64,000 nt of DNA, taken from assembly GCF_018977255.1 (NCBI RefSeq), contig NW_024704742.1:49850001-49914000 (forward strand), given 5' to 3'. Within the stretch, counting starts at the first letter, position 1; every line of letters starts with the position of its first letter. The notes under the pieces were generated by a model. It worked only from the letters and a program-made list of their open reading frames with translations. It was not told the origin of the DNA and did not search any database. The position numbers were made by a program, and so were the translations under genes. Shown one piece after another: positions 25,298 through 36,735 of the stretch. The DNA comes from Callorhinchus milii. Lineage: Eukaryota.

Positions 25298-25989
25298 AAG
25301 TAACTGGTGCATCAATTACATCAAGTAATTGGTGCAAATACAATTACCATTGGGTACCCTAATTCGGGGAGGGGTTCAATGCTCATAAAAGAACAAGCGC
25401 CATGTGCTCTTGGTCAATTTTACTTGATAACATCAGAAAGGTACGTATCTTGACTAGCTAGAGGTACAAATCCTCTGAGTCAAGAGTTGGTTGAGTGCAC
25501 ATACATTAACCTCATATTTAATAGCCTGCTAGCTAGTCTTGTTAAAGTTGATTAGTTATTTGTGTAATGCATGGTTGTGTAATTCATTATTATTTGTCTA
25601 AATCACTTGAGGACTATTTCCAAGGAGTCTAGGATTCTGAACAAACCATAATAAAAAATACCGTTGAGTTTTCTTAACTGTGGTTCGTTCAAGCTCTCTG
25701 TTAATTTTCAATATAAGAGGGAGTAACAGAGGTCACAGAGTTATTCGAAAATAAACCTCTTGATTGACTGAAACTCCACAGTTTGCATCAATTGAAGATC
25801 AATCTGGTAGTACTTGTCGTTGTGAAACAAACTCAATTAGTAAGAAACACTTCAAGATAAGTTCTTGGACACATAAGTGAGAATTGATTACAGAGGCCAC
25901 CAGTACACTCTGTGAGTGGGGAGTGAGCCACATAATGGACATAAAAATTAAGGGTGTAGAATCATCTTAGGGGATATTTGGTACCATGA

Positions 25990-26091
25990 GTCATCCTGTA
26001 CAGGGCTGGTATTATCTTTATTATAAGTAACTGAAAGGTATGCCTTTCAGTTACTTATAATAAAGATAATACCAGCCCTGTACAGGATGAC
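25990..26091. repeat. 102-nt near-perfect palindrome (49-bp perfect arms, central tatg)
   Basis: gtcatcctgtacagggctggtattatctttattataagtaactgaaagg-tatg-cctttcagttacttataataaagataataccagccctgtacaggatgac. Confidence 0.97.
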
Positions 26092-26544
26092 AGGAAATTA
26101 TCACATTCATATGATTCTTTTTACTCAAATCCAAGGTCTACCTTCACTGAAAGGTGCACACTGTTTTCAGATATTTTTATGAATGCTTGAGCAGGCAGGC
26201 TCCATTGTATGATGTGAATGTGAAATATTTTTATTTGATTGTCCAATGATGTAACTGACAGAGAAGACTGGAGCCCACTGACTGTAATTAGTAAGCAAAA
26301 GTCAAAATTATCATCCATCACAACTGAGTTGCTTTAGCTCAAGGGTATGATTATAACAATTGTCTGTCAATTTCTGGAACCTAAGCATCCTCAATGGAAC
26401 CAACTGACTTGCACTAATCATTAAATACATAGTTTGGATTACCAAAGTGACATACTCATGCAGAAGTGCCTTTAGTTATTGTAAAACTTAAAATCTGTAC
26501 TTACCACAAAATATAGTCAATTCGCTTTTACAGTATATACCCGA

Positions 26545-26938
26545 GAACGGGTGGTGGGGGGGGGTGTTTGGGATCAGAGAGCAGGCAGGCTGGGGCTTTG
26601 AGTGTGGCCAAAGGCATGGTTGAAGAGGAAGGTCTTGAGGCATGCCTTGCAGGAGGCAGGGGAGGGAGCGAGGTGAAGGGAATGTGGGATGTAGTTCCAG
26701 AGGGTGATGGCAGAGAGGCTGAAGGCCCAACTGCCGATGGTGGGGTGGGACAGGCATGGGACATGGAGCAGGTCGGAGTTGGGCAATGTTGCAGAGGTGG
26801 GGGAAGGCAGAGTGGGTCATGGCACGCATGTGTGTGAGAAAAGATAGTTGAGGGTCGAACAAGACGCCTGGGTTCTTGACTGGCTTAGTGAAGTGGAGTG
26901 TGCATCCATGGATGCTGATGCTGCCAATGCCTGAGGAT
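26545..26938 (-). mobile_element. L2 fragment with internal deletion
   Basis: Minus-strand translations VKNPGVLFDPQLSF and WAFSLSAITLWN...LKTFLF. Confidence 0.88.
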
Positions 26939-27489
26939 GCAAGGATTATTATTATTACTATGGTGAATTCTAGCAAACAAAAGTAGATNAAAAATCATTG
27001 CATCATTGCAAGGCATTAGTTCCCTTTTGTGAACCTATTAGCTTCACACCCGAAGTACATAATACATCGTGTCAGCCGTCTTGCCCATCAATGATGACAT
27101 ATCCTAGATCCATTATGGAATTTAAAACATTCACAAATAATTAAAAGTAAAATACACAAACAAAATAAATCAAAGACATCTGAGTTTTAACATCTGACAT
27201 ACCTCACAACTAAAGCTGAAACCCTATGGAGGGCGGAGTTGGGGAGGCCGACAAGCAAGGAGTTGGCCTAGTCAAGCCTCGATGTAATGAAATCACAGAG
27301 GACATCCTTATCCATGCACTCTACACTTCCTGCCTTGATTTTTCCAATGCCCTCCTCAACGATCTCCCCAGCTCCATCATTCATAAATTTAAATTAATTC
27401 AAAACTCTGCCATCCATATCCTCACTCGTACTAAATCCCACAATTCCATTATCCTAGTTCTTGCTAGATCGAATTTAACAATATCAAAA

Positions 27490-28930
27490 TTATATTTGTA
27501 TAGCGTCTTTCACATCCACAGGATGTCCCAACGCGCTGGACAATCAGTGTTTCGGACTCAAGCTGCGGGTTCGGATGGAGGAGGGTGGAGAGCATGGAGG
27601 GAAGGAGGGTGATCAAAGGCACGGTTTGAAGAGGAGGGTCTTGAGATGGGTCTTGAAGCAGGCAACAGAGGGGGCAAATGATTTAGTCAAAATCTTGAAC
27701 TGTATCCTCTGTGCTTTCATGACATCAAGGCTTGACTAGGCCAACTCATTGCTTGTCGGCCTCCCCAACTCCGCCCTCCATAGGCTGCAGATCATCCAGA
27801 ACGCTCCCTCCCGCATCCTCTCCCGCACCAGGCTCCGTGACTCTATCACCCCCATCCTCGACTGACTCCACTGGTTTCCCATCACACAGAGGATACAGTT
27901 CAAGATCATGGTCCTCACCTGCAAAGGCCTCCATGGTCTTGCTCCCCCCTACTTCTGCGACCTCCTAACCCCCTATCATCCTGCTCTCTCGCTCAGTGGA
28001 CTCCAGCCTGCTTCACGTCCCCTGCCTCGCTCACCCCACCAGTGGCGGGCGGGCCTTCTGCCACTCTGCCTCCACCCTCTGGAGCTCCATCCCATAGTCC
28101 CTCTGCCTCGTCCCCTCCCTTGCCTCCTTCAAGACCATCTCAAGACCCTCCTCTTCGATCATGCTTTCGATCTCCCTGATTCCCCCCCCTGCCCTCCGCC
28201 CTCTCTGACCCCAACCTCCAGCTCAAGTCCAAAACTCTGTCTGTCCAGCACCTTGGGACATCCTCCCGACATGAAGGGTGCTATACAAATGTAATTTTGT
28301 TGTTGTTGTGTGATGGAAAGCCAGTGGATTCAAGCGAGGATAGGGATGATAGGGTCACTGAGCCTAGTGCGGGAGAAGGACATTGGCTGCAGAGTTCTGG
28401 ATGATCTGCAGCCTATGGAGGGAGGAGTTGGAGAAGCCAACAAGCAGGGATTTTGCATAGTTGAGCCTGGATATTATGAATGTATGTATGAGGATCTTGG
28501 CGGCCTGCGGTGTGAGACCATGGCGGAGCCGAGCAATGTTGAGGAGGTGAGGGAAGGCAGAGTGGGTCATGGCACGGATGTGGGTAGAAAGGACAGTTAA
28601 GGGCCAAACAAGATGCCAAGGTTCCAGACTGGCTCAGTGAGGAGGAGTGAGCATCCTTGGGCGGTGATCCTGTCAGAGCCTGAGGTGTGGAGGTGCTGAC
28701 GGGAGCCAATCAGGAGGGCCTCGGTCTTGTTGACGTTCAACTGTAGAAAGTTAGCTCTCATCCAGGACTTGATGTCTGACAGACATTCTGTCAGCACAGC
28801 AGTTGTCCTGGAGTCAAGGATGGAGGCAGAGAGATAGATTATAGAGTTGGGTGTCATCCTCATACATGTGGAAGGTGACCCCATGTCTGCAGATGATGTC
28901 ACCGAGAGGGAGCATATAGATAGTGAAGAT
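27490..28930 (-). mobile_element. L2 (RT C-terminus to tail), interrupted by an antisense L2 at 27714-28310
   Basis: DIKSWMRANFLQLNVNKTE; ttgaactgtatcctctgtg (to 27713) continues as tgatggaaagccagtgg (from 28311). Confidence 0.88.
27714..28310 (+). mobile_element. 5'-truncated L2 nested in an older antisense L2
   Basis: L2 ORF2 end plus tail gggacatcctcccgacatgaagggtgc...(ttg)n; tgtg at both junctions. Confidence 0.92.
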
Positions 28931-29268
28931 CCTCACATTCATGTACAAATCACTTAATGCCCTGACAACTCCCTACTTTTCTTGACTACTTACACCCCAT
29001 TCTTCACCCAGCTGGCTCCAGCCACCAGCATGTCCCTCGTCCCCTCCGCTCCACTGTCGGTGGCCATGCTTTCAGCCACTACTCCTTGTTACTCTGGAAC
29101 TGTCTGCCTTAATCCCTCCACCTTGCTTCCTTCTTATCTGTCTTCAGATTACACCTGAAGACCTTCTTTTTCGATCATGCCTTCGGTCAACTCCCCACTC
29201 TATCAGGCTCATTGTCAGTCTTTGTCACTGTTAAGTGTCTGAGGCGCTATGTAAATGCAAATTATTGA
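28930..29268 (+). mobile_element. older L2 3' fragment
   Basis: aagatcctcacattcatgtacaaatc...ctgaagacctt...ggcgctatgtaaatgcaa. Confidence 0.75.
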
Positions 29269-29400
29269 TGAGTTCAAATGGCATTGTTGAATGATTAGAA
29301 ATTTTCTCTCACTTTTGAAATCTTACAGTCAGCCATTATCTTCTCTATATTGCCGACAATCACAAACCTGTTGGACAAGATTGTAGCCCAGAACTATTTT

Positions 29401-29758
29401 ATAATAATAACGATAATATTTCTTGCATTTATAATAATAATAATAATAATCCTTGCATTTGATATAGCGCTTTTCACATCGGGAGGACGTCCCAAAGCGC
29501 TTCACAGAACACACTGTAAAGTGAATTGACTGTATATTTGTGGGCGAACGCGGCAGCCAATTGCGCACAGCAATGTCCCACAAACAGTCGTAGATTGAAA
29601 ATGACCAATTTATTATTGTTTTGGGTTTTGGAGGGATTATTATTAGGCTCTTTGTGGAGTAAGGAAACTTGCCCAAGGTTTCGCCCTCTGCCTGGAATTG
29701 AATTCAGGTCTCTCACTTGCAAAGCGAGTGCTCTAACCACTGAGCTACAGGACTCCAC
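29401..29758 (-). mobile_element. tRNA-SINE whose tail closely matches the local L2 tail
   Basis: Head ends tgagctacaggactccac; tail contains the reverse complement of gggacgtcctcccgatgtgaaaagcgc. Confidence 0.92.
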
Positions 29759-30899
29759 AGGACTTATGTCAGAAGGACGTCTCAAAGCACGTTAGAGGAT
29801 TTATTGTAATGAATGTGTATTTTGTAGGGAATTGCTTTTCTGTGTTTCTGAAATATTCAGACATAAGCTAAGTCCATTTTAACCTGAATTTCAACAGAAT
29901 GTATAAAATGAGCTATTTTAGGGGGTTCTACTCTGCAGGCCTCAGTGACAAAGGCAAATATGTCAGAAGTTTTTCAATAGGATGCTGATGTTGAAGCCAG
30001 GACATTCTTTAAAACTATGCTATCAGGAACATAGGACACATTTTCAAAGTGTTCCCATTTCAGCCATTTTCACATTTCAAAGCGCTACACAGAGTATACT
30101 GTAAAGTGCATTGACTGTATATTTGCGGGCAATATAGCTGTGTTAAGTGAATTAAATTTCATTTCTACACAACAATCAATCACATAATAAAGATAAAAAA
30201 AAAGCTGTGAGTGCTTTTAATTAAATGTTTTTAATAAAAACAAACCAGCAGTGAATCAAAAGTGTAATATGAAGCATGCCATGGGATCTTTAAAATCTAC
30301 TTGTACAGGCAGATGCAAACTCGGTTTAATGTCTCATCCAAAGACCTTCCACAGTCAGATACTTTCCTTAAATTATTCAAGCTGTACACTTATTTTGCCA
30401 GAGAGAAATAAATTCCGTTTGAAGTGTATGTTTGCTAAACGCAATGAAACCTGCACTTACAAGAAGTAATGTTGCTGAAAAATGGAAGACCGATTCACAC
30501 ACTGAAGCCACAAATCTGTGCACAGACTTTAAATATGGTCTCAGACAACATTTTGCCTGTCAACCTTTTGAGAGCTTAATGACAGCCCAGCATATATACT
30601 TCAAGTGAAAAAAACGTATTTCAGTTTCCTGAGACACAGCCATGGACCATGGAATGAATAGCACTTGTTTTAAAGCATCAGAACAAATTAAGCATGAAAT
30701 AGTATGGCGCACTTCATAGAGCCTACATGTTTTCAACATTGTAATTTCTATAAGTGTGAGATATTAAGTTTGGAACATCATTTCAAGTGTCATCTCATGC
30801 TGTTGCAAAGGTATTTAAATTGCATGGCAGGGCTGATGTTTAATGGACATATTTCTAAGGGGAAGTTTCTAGTTCTCAGGGAATTCATTACCTTTAATA

Positions 30900-31283
30900 T
30901 AACAATAATAATTCCTGCATTTCATATGGCGCCTTATCTAGTTGTTGAGACGTCTTAAAGCGCTTCACAGAATATAATGTAAAGTGAATTGACTGTATAT
31001 TTGTGGGTGAAATGCGGCAGCCAATTGCGCATAGCAATGCCCCACAAACAATCCTGGATTGAGTGACCTGTCTGTCTGTCTGTCTGTCCGTCTATTTAAA
31101 GGGTTTAATACCCATGTAAAGTGATCCGCCAATCGACTAACAACTGGGTTCAATCTTACTGCTAGGTAAACAGAGGTAAACAGAGTAAGGAAACTTGTCT
31201 AATGTTTCGCTCTGTCCTGGAATCGAACCCAAACCTCTCGCTTGTGAGATGAGTGCTCTAAACAATACTCTACAAGACTGCAC
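30900..31283 (-). mobile_element. tRNA-SINE with internal (CTGT)n
   Basis: Reverse-complement match to 5203-5582. Confidence 0.88.
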
Positions 31284-33784
31284 AGCATTGAGGTACATCT
31301 CTCAAAAGTTCAAAGGCAATGATTAGAACTTTCCTTATACAGAGGGTTGTTAGGATATAGAATGCAGTACCTGGAGTCATAGTTGAGGCAGAATCCATAT
31401 TAGCTTTCAAAAGGAAATAGGTAAATATCTAAAAAGGAGAAATGGGACTGTCACAAATGTTTTGATTCTGTGTGGCTTATGTCTACCGAATGTCCTCCTT
31501 CTTGGCCACTAACAATTTCAGTTACAGCCATCTTTGCTTAATCCAAACCTATTTTGTGACATGTATTATTTAAATAGACACAAAGATCACACTAATCCAA
31601 GCTAACATTATAAAACATCAGGAATCACTCTTCAGTCTCCGCAAAATAAGGAAGGAACTATATCAATATCTCATTCATTTATTTTTTCCAACTAAAAAAG
31701 CTTTTAAGAAGCTTTTACAAATATTACCATCTTATAAATTTATATGTACAGTTTTTAGAAGTGATAAGTAAACCATAGAAACAGGGAGTAGGCCATTCAG
31801 CCCCTCGAGTCAGTTCCGCCATTCTGTAAGATCGTGGCTGATCTGTACTTAATAATAATGTTAATAATCCTTGCATTTGATACAGTGCCTTATCACATTA
31901 TTGAGACATCTCAAAGTGCTCCACTGCCTGTGATTTCAGGGCAATTGGCAGGTTATCATCCACAATGAAATTAAGGTGTATTAAAGTTGCTCACATGTGC
32001 AGGGCAAAAGGCATTACAAACTCAATATTCGCTTCAGCAATGCAAAACTCCAATAAATTCAAATCATTAAATTCAAATGTCCTTGTTGCCAACACAGAGC
32101 TAAATGTCTGGAAGCTACGACCATTATTGAACCTCAAAGGTCCTTGAGTTCCATCCAAAACAGGCAGGTTCTAAAAGCTCAATACTGTTTATAATCTGCC
32201 TTCATTATATTAAACCACCAGTTTATTCCTCAATTATGAGTTCATAAAATATAAAAATAATCTTATAACTCATTCAGAAAGCACAACCTTAGTCTAGTCT
32301 GACAAGTTACATATCTCTGCTACTGGTAATTAATTTGCAACCGGTTTGACTTCAATTATCACAAGCAATATTCCACCCCCATCCCGTAACTCCAGTTGGC
32401 TAATGATTGCCGTCTGCAGTTTTGCAAAGGACTGGGTATGTGCCTCTTTTGAAGCAAATAGCAAATTTGTTATATAAATAGCAAATTCTAGTGATGGTTT
32501 TGGCTGTATCATCATGTTACCTTGAAACCATATTATGAATAAATTGATTTATATCAAATTAATACATATTTAGAACTACAAAACAAATAAAACCTTCTTG
32601 TCATAAAAAGTCACGTGGTATTTTACCAAACTTTTTTTTCAGTACATATATCACAGCTCACTAGTTCTGCATTTGATTGAAAGAGCCTATTAACAGTACA
32701 CTTAGCATGAATTAACATAGAGGTGCAAGTATGCTACAGTGATCAGCACAGCGAGGGATTAGGTGGAAAGATATGTTTGAGTTTATTATTGTCAAAACAC
32801 ACAGAATCAAGCAACACTCACAATTGCTATCAAAAATATTTTTTTTCTGCAGGTTGAGCTCTGCTTTAACAAGCTTGCAAACTGCAACATCCTGGAAATT
32901 TGGTCGAATGAAGCAACAAAAAAAATTCACGTGGCAAATGCATGTGACATAATTACTTCTGGAGTCATACTGAAAACCAGCTTCACATTTCTTACAATAT
33001 ATGTTATGTTAATAGCACATCCAATAATTTCTTTGTGATCAGACATGGGGGCACCTAAGAGATGTTAATTGTGCTTGTTAAACATCAAAGAAGATGCCAG
33101 TCATAAACAGCAGGTTATGTTGATTTTTTTCGCAAAGGAGCTACATAAGGAAGCTTTGAAGAATGCAGTTATAAACTATTTTACATTCTGTACACTTTCT
33201 GCCCCTGAAGACAGAGAATGTGTGTGGAATTTGAACAAAAGACTGAAATAATGTTCCTCGCGATGCCGTTTTTTTTTCGCCTTTTGTAAAATACCGCATA
33301 TTATTAAAATGCACATGAAAACTAAAAGTTGCTGTTGTTAATGGCAGCATTCATAGCAAGTAGCAAAAATGTAAATAAATAAATTGTAACTGCAATCTTA
33401 ATGTTAACTGCCTCGTGCATGACACATTTCCTTCCAGATGTCCTGTATTTAAGATGGCAACTATCCCTGAATATATTGTGTGCAACAAACACAGATAATG
33501 AAAGATTTTGAGGTTTAGCAAATTGTACGTTAAATGTACATTTGATACCCTGGTAAATTACTGACAAAGAAAGCAGCAAGCTGAACAAGGAAAAGTAGAA
33601 TGTGGAAAAATGAAGCCACAAAGTGAATGACCAATTTTATTGAGTGTATGTGGCCAGAACACTGGGAAAAACTCCCTTTTCTTTTCGAATAATACACGGG
33701 ATTCTTAACATCGCACAACAATTGTATCGCACATGTGGGAGAAGTATCCCCTTCAGCTGTTTACGCATTTTCGCGTTATCCTCA

Positions 33785-34122
33785 TGGAGTCCTGCAACTC
33801 AGTGGTTAGAGCACTCGCCTCGCAAGCGAGACACCTGGGTTCAATTCCCAGCAAGGAGAAATGTTGGGTAAGTTTCCTTACTCCACACACCTGTTTATCT
33901 CTAAGTAGGAAACCGGTTGTCAGTCGATTTCCGGGGGTAATAATTCCTTCAAAAAATAATAATAATAAATTGGTCACTTCAATCCACGACTGTTTGTGGG
34001 ACACTGCTGTGCAATTGGCTGCCACGATTCACCCACAAAATATACAGTTAACTCACTTCACAGTATATTCTGTGAAGTGCTTTGAGACGTCTCGTTGATG
34101 TGATAAGATGCTATATCAAATA
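33785..34122 (+). mobile_element. full-length tRNA-SINE
   Basis: tggagtcctgcaactcagtggttagagcactcgcctcgcaagcgag...gggttcaattccc. Confidence 0.92.
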
Positions 34123-34174
34123 ATATTAGAGTATATATCAAATCATATATGTCAAGGATTATTATTATAATATA

Positions 34175-34678
34175 TACTCTTGATATCTACCCTGTTCCAT
34201 GCAGCAGCCCCTATTCCTATCCATTCTACCAACCCTTTCAGACAAAGTCTGGCAGAGGTGCAATAATTATCATCAACAGTACCAGGCGGCCATTTCTCAT
34301 CTAGATCTTTCCCTCTATTCCTTTTATGCCAATCAGTCACTATTTGGGTAAACATGTGCAGGTACAGTCACACAAACTCTTGGCAAACATTGCTTTGTTA
34401 AATGATATCAGTACCAGCACAAACTCATAGCACACATTATGCCTTTGAATTCTCAAAGAAACTGGAAAGTCCAATTTATGTAGGCTGGTGGGTCTGAATA
34501 TGTGCAGGTTAAAATCAACTAACCCCCGGGTTATACCTGCAAGGTAGTTGTTTACATCACTCGTTCCTTCAACTGAGGACGATATTGACCATTTGTTATG
34601 TGTGTCTCTCTCCTTTGGTTTCTGCCGAAGCCAGGAGTCCCCAGATGAGTATTACTACCCACCCCCATGGTGATATAC
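34175..34678 (-). pseudogene. env: degenerate env-like region downstream of the integrase
   Basis: Acceptor cttgtttcccAG, then a hydrophobic signal-like ISPWGWVVILIWGLLASAET; Cys-rich middle with stops; GLVEWIGIGAAAWNRVDI is fusion-peptide-like. Confidence 0.6.
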
Positions 34679-34705
34679 CTGGGAAACAAGCATAGCATTT
34701 GTTAA

Positions 34706-35050
34706 TTACCAGTTATATACTGATACGTTTCCCGTTTTTAACTGGTTGATATCGAGCCAATGTGTCACCCTTCTCCCCTTCTTTCCCATATACTGAATCA
34801 AATACACAACAAGACTAGTTTTGTTCACAATTGGAAAAGGACCATTCCACTTGAGAATGAAAACGTGAACCTTTTTCCCATAATCCATCACCATTATTAT
34901 ATCACCAACTTCATATTCAAATGGTCGGACTTTATTATCAAAATACTTTTTTTTTTAGATTTTCCCAAATTTTGTGCCACATAATGATTTGTGGGCAGTA
35001 CATGTTCAATTATTTTTATCAACCAGGCTCTTCCTACTGCTCCCTGTCGC
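34706..35050 (-). pseudogene. pol: retroviral/LTR-element integrase C-terminus (GPF motif), frameshifted
   Basis: ...HYVAQNLGKSKK / frameshift in A-run / KYFDNKVRPFEYEVGDIIMVMDYGKKVHVFILKWNGPFPIVNKTSLVVYLIQ...HWLDINQLK. Confidence 0.85.
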
Positions 35051-36274
35051 AAAGGCAGCACTGTTATTGCTAACGTTTTAACATTCTTAAACATGCTTCC
35101 AGTTGCAAATACATTTCACTTAGATCAGCTTTTAATGACTGGCTAGCTTATTATATAATAATAATACTTGCATTTGATAAAGAACCTCATCACGAGTTTG
35201 AGATATCTCAAATCGTTTCACCAGGTTTTACTGTGAAGTGTAGCAACTATCTTTTTTAGGCGAAATGATGTTTAACATTTGTTGTGAAATTACATTAAAA
35301 TTCAGACATAAATTCAGACAAGAGGAATGGTACAGCTTTAACTTGCAAAATTAAGAAAAAAAACTTCAAAGCCATGTTTCCCAGGTAGTTTTTTTTTTAA
35401 ATCCAGGTGGATCTATTAAAATAATGATCTCCTGGAAAAAAACCAAAGGACATTTGAAAACCTCAAGTCTTTAAATAATGGAACACAATTCCATCTTAGT
35501 CATGGGTCGAGTGATCATCCCTACCTTGGCCATACACAAAAAATGTCTCATTTTACATGAGCAGAATAGATGAGAACTGACTGAGTTACCGAGCCAGTAA
35601 TCATCCTTCAGAAAATATTTCCTTTCTTCTATCAGATTTCTGGCCCATGTATCTAAAGCACGTGCATCATTGTTACAAGCTTGCATTCAGACAGAAATTA
35701 GTCAGCCCCTGAATAAAATACGATTCGGTTTTAAAATCTTTGTACAGCGTCTACAAACGCATGTCAAATTTGTTCATTTTTGATGAGGTTTCTTGAAATA
35801 CAAAATAAACAACAGTGTGAAATAGATCACTAAAATAGAAACATTTCTCCTGATAACTCTTTAGAAGTAGAGAAGTACAAGAAGTGATTACAGCATCTGT
35901 GCACTTAGTTTCTGCAGTTAATTAATTTTATAATGGGTGTGATTCAGTTTACCCGATCCGCCATATGCTTAGAGATCACATACCTGGAGGGCAGACCATC
36001 CTGATGATTTTCCGCATTCCTCAGGGAACCAGAGAAAACAACTATTTTTTTCCCCCAGCGAAATAATTATTGTTAAAACATGACGACCAAATGCTGTAGC
36101 TATTTTTGTTTTTGCAAGTGTTCCATCTCCTTCTCTATGGAATGATGGGCGATGTTGCCTAAGTCCCCACACACTTTCCAATATCTCACCCAGTAGACCA
36201 TTATGTATGTGAGTGTCAGCCAGCAAATGCCATCACAGACAAGACTGATCCTGGTTCTCATTCGGCATCCGCAA

Positions 36275-36735
36275 TGGTCTGATACATGCGGAAACCAATC
36301 ACCATGCTTAAGAATATCCAAACCAGACTGAGAGTTCCACCTATGAATGCAGCCTATCATGAAAATGTCCGTATCTATGTCGGTGTAGATAATTATTTGG
36401 GAGGACTAGTTTGCAGGGCTATGGGGAGAGAGCGGGAGAGTGGGATTAAATTAAATAGCTCTTTTAAAAGCGCTGGCACAGACACGATGGGCCGAATGGC
36501 CTCCTTCTGTGCTGTATAATTCTATGATTCTATGAAATAGAATACACATTCTTTACTTGGAGGGGCACACGCTGCTTACATTATTCCAGAGACCATTATG
36601 CACTGGTTGGTAAGAGGCAAGATTTGGAGACCTTTGAGTGTGTGTTGGGATTCTGTTGGTGCTTAACCAGAAAGAAACATATAGCTTGCCTTTTCAAGCA
36701 TGGCATGGCAAGCTTCCCTCTGGTTGTCCAGATAG
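36275..36735 (+). repeat. family X repeat interrupted by a CR1 3' end
   Basis: ggaaaccaatcaccatgcttaagaatatccaaaccagactgagag, resuming after 36536 with cttggaggggcacac. Confidence 0.75.
36384..36535 (+). mobile_element. CR1 LINE 3' UTR with (ATTCTATG)n tail
   Basis: gggctatggggagagagcggg...gatgggccgaatggcctccttctgtgctgtataattctatgattctatga. Confidence 0.92.

Noticed and set aside
35590..35652. Minus-strand 63-nt exon candidate (DTWARNLIEERKYFLKDDYWL)
   Set aside because: Weak acceptor and no recognisable homology or partner exons.
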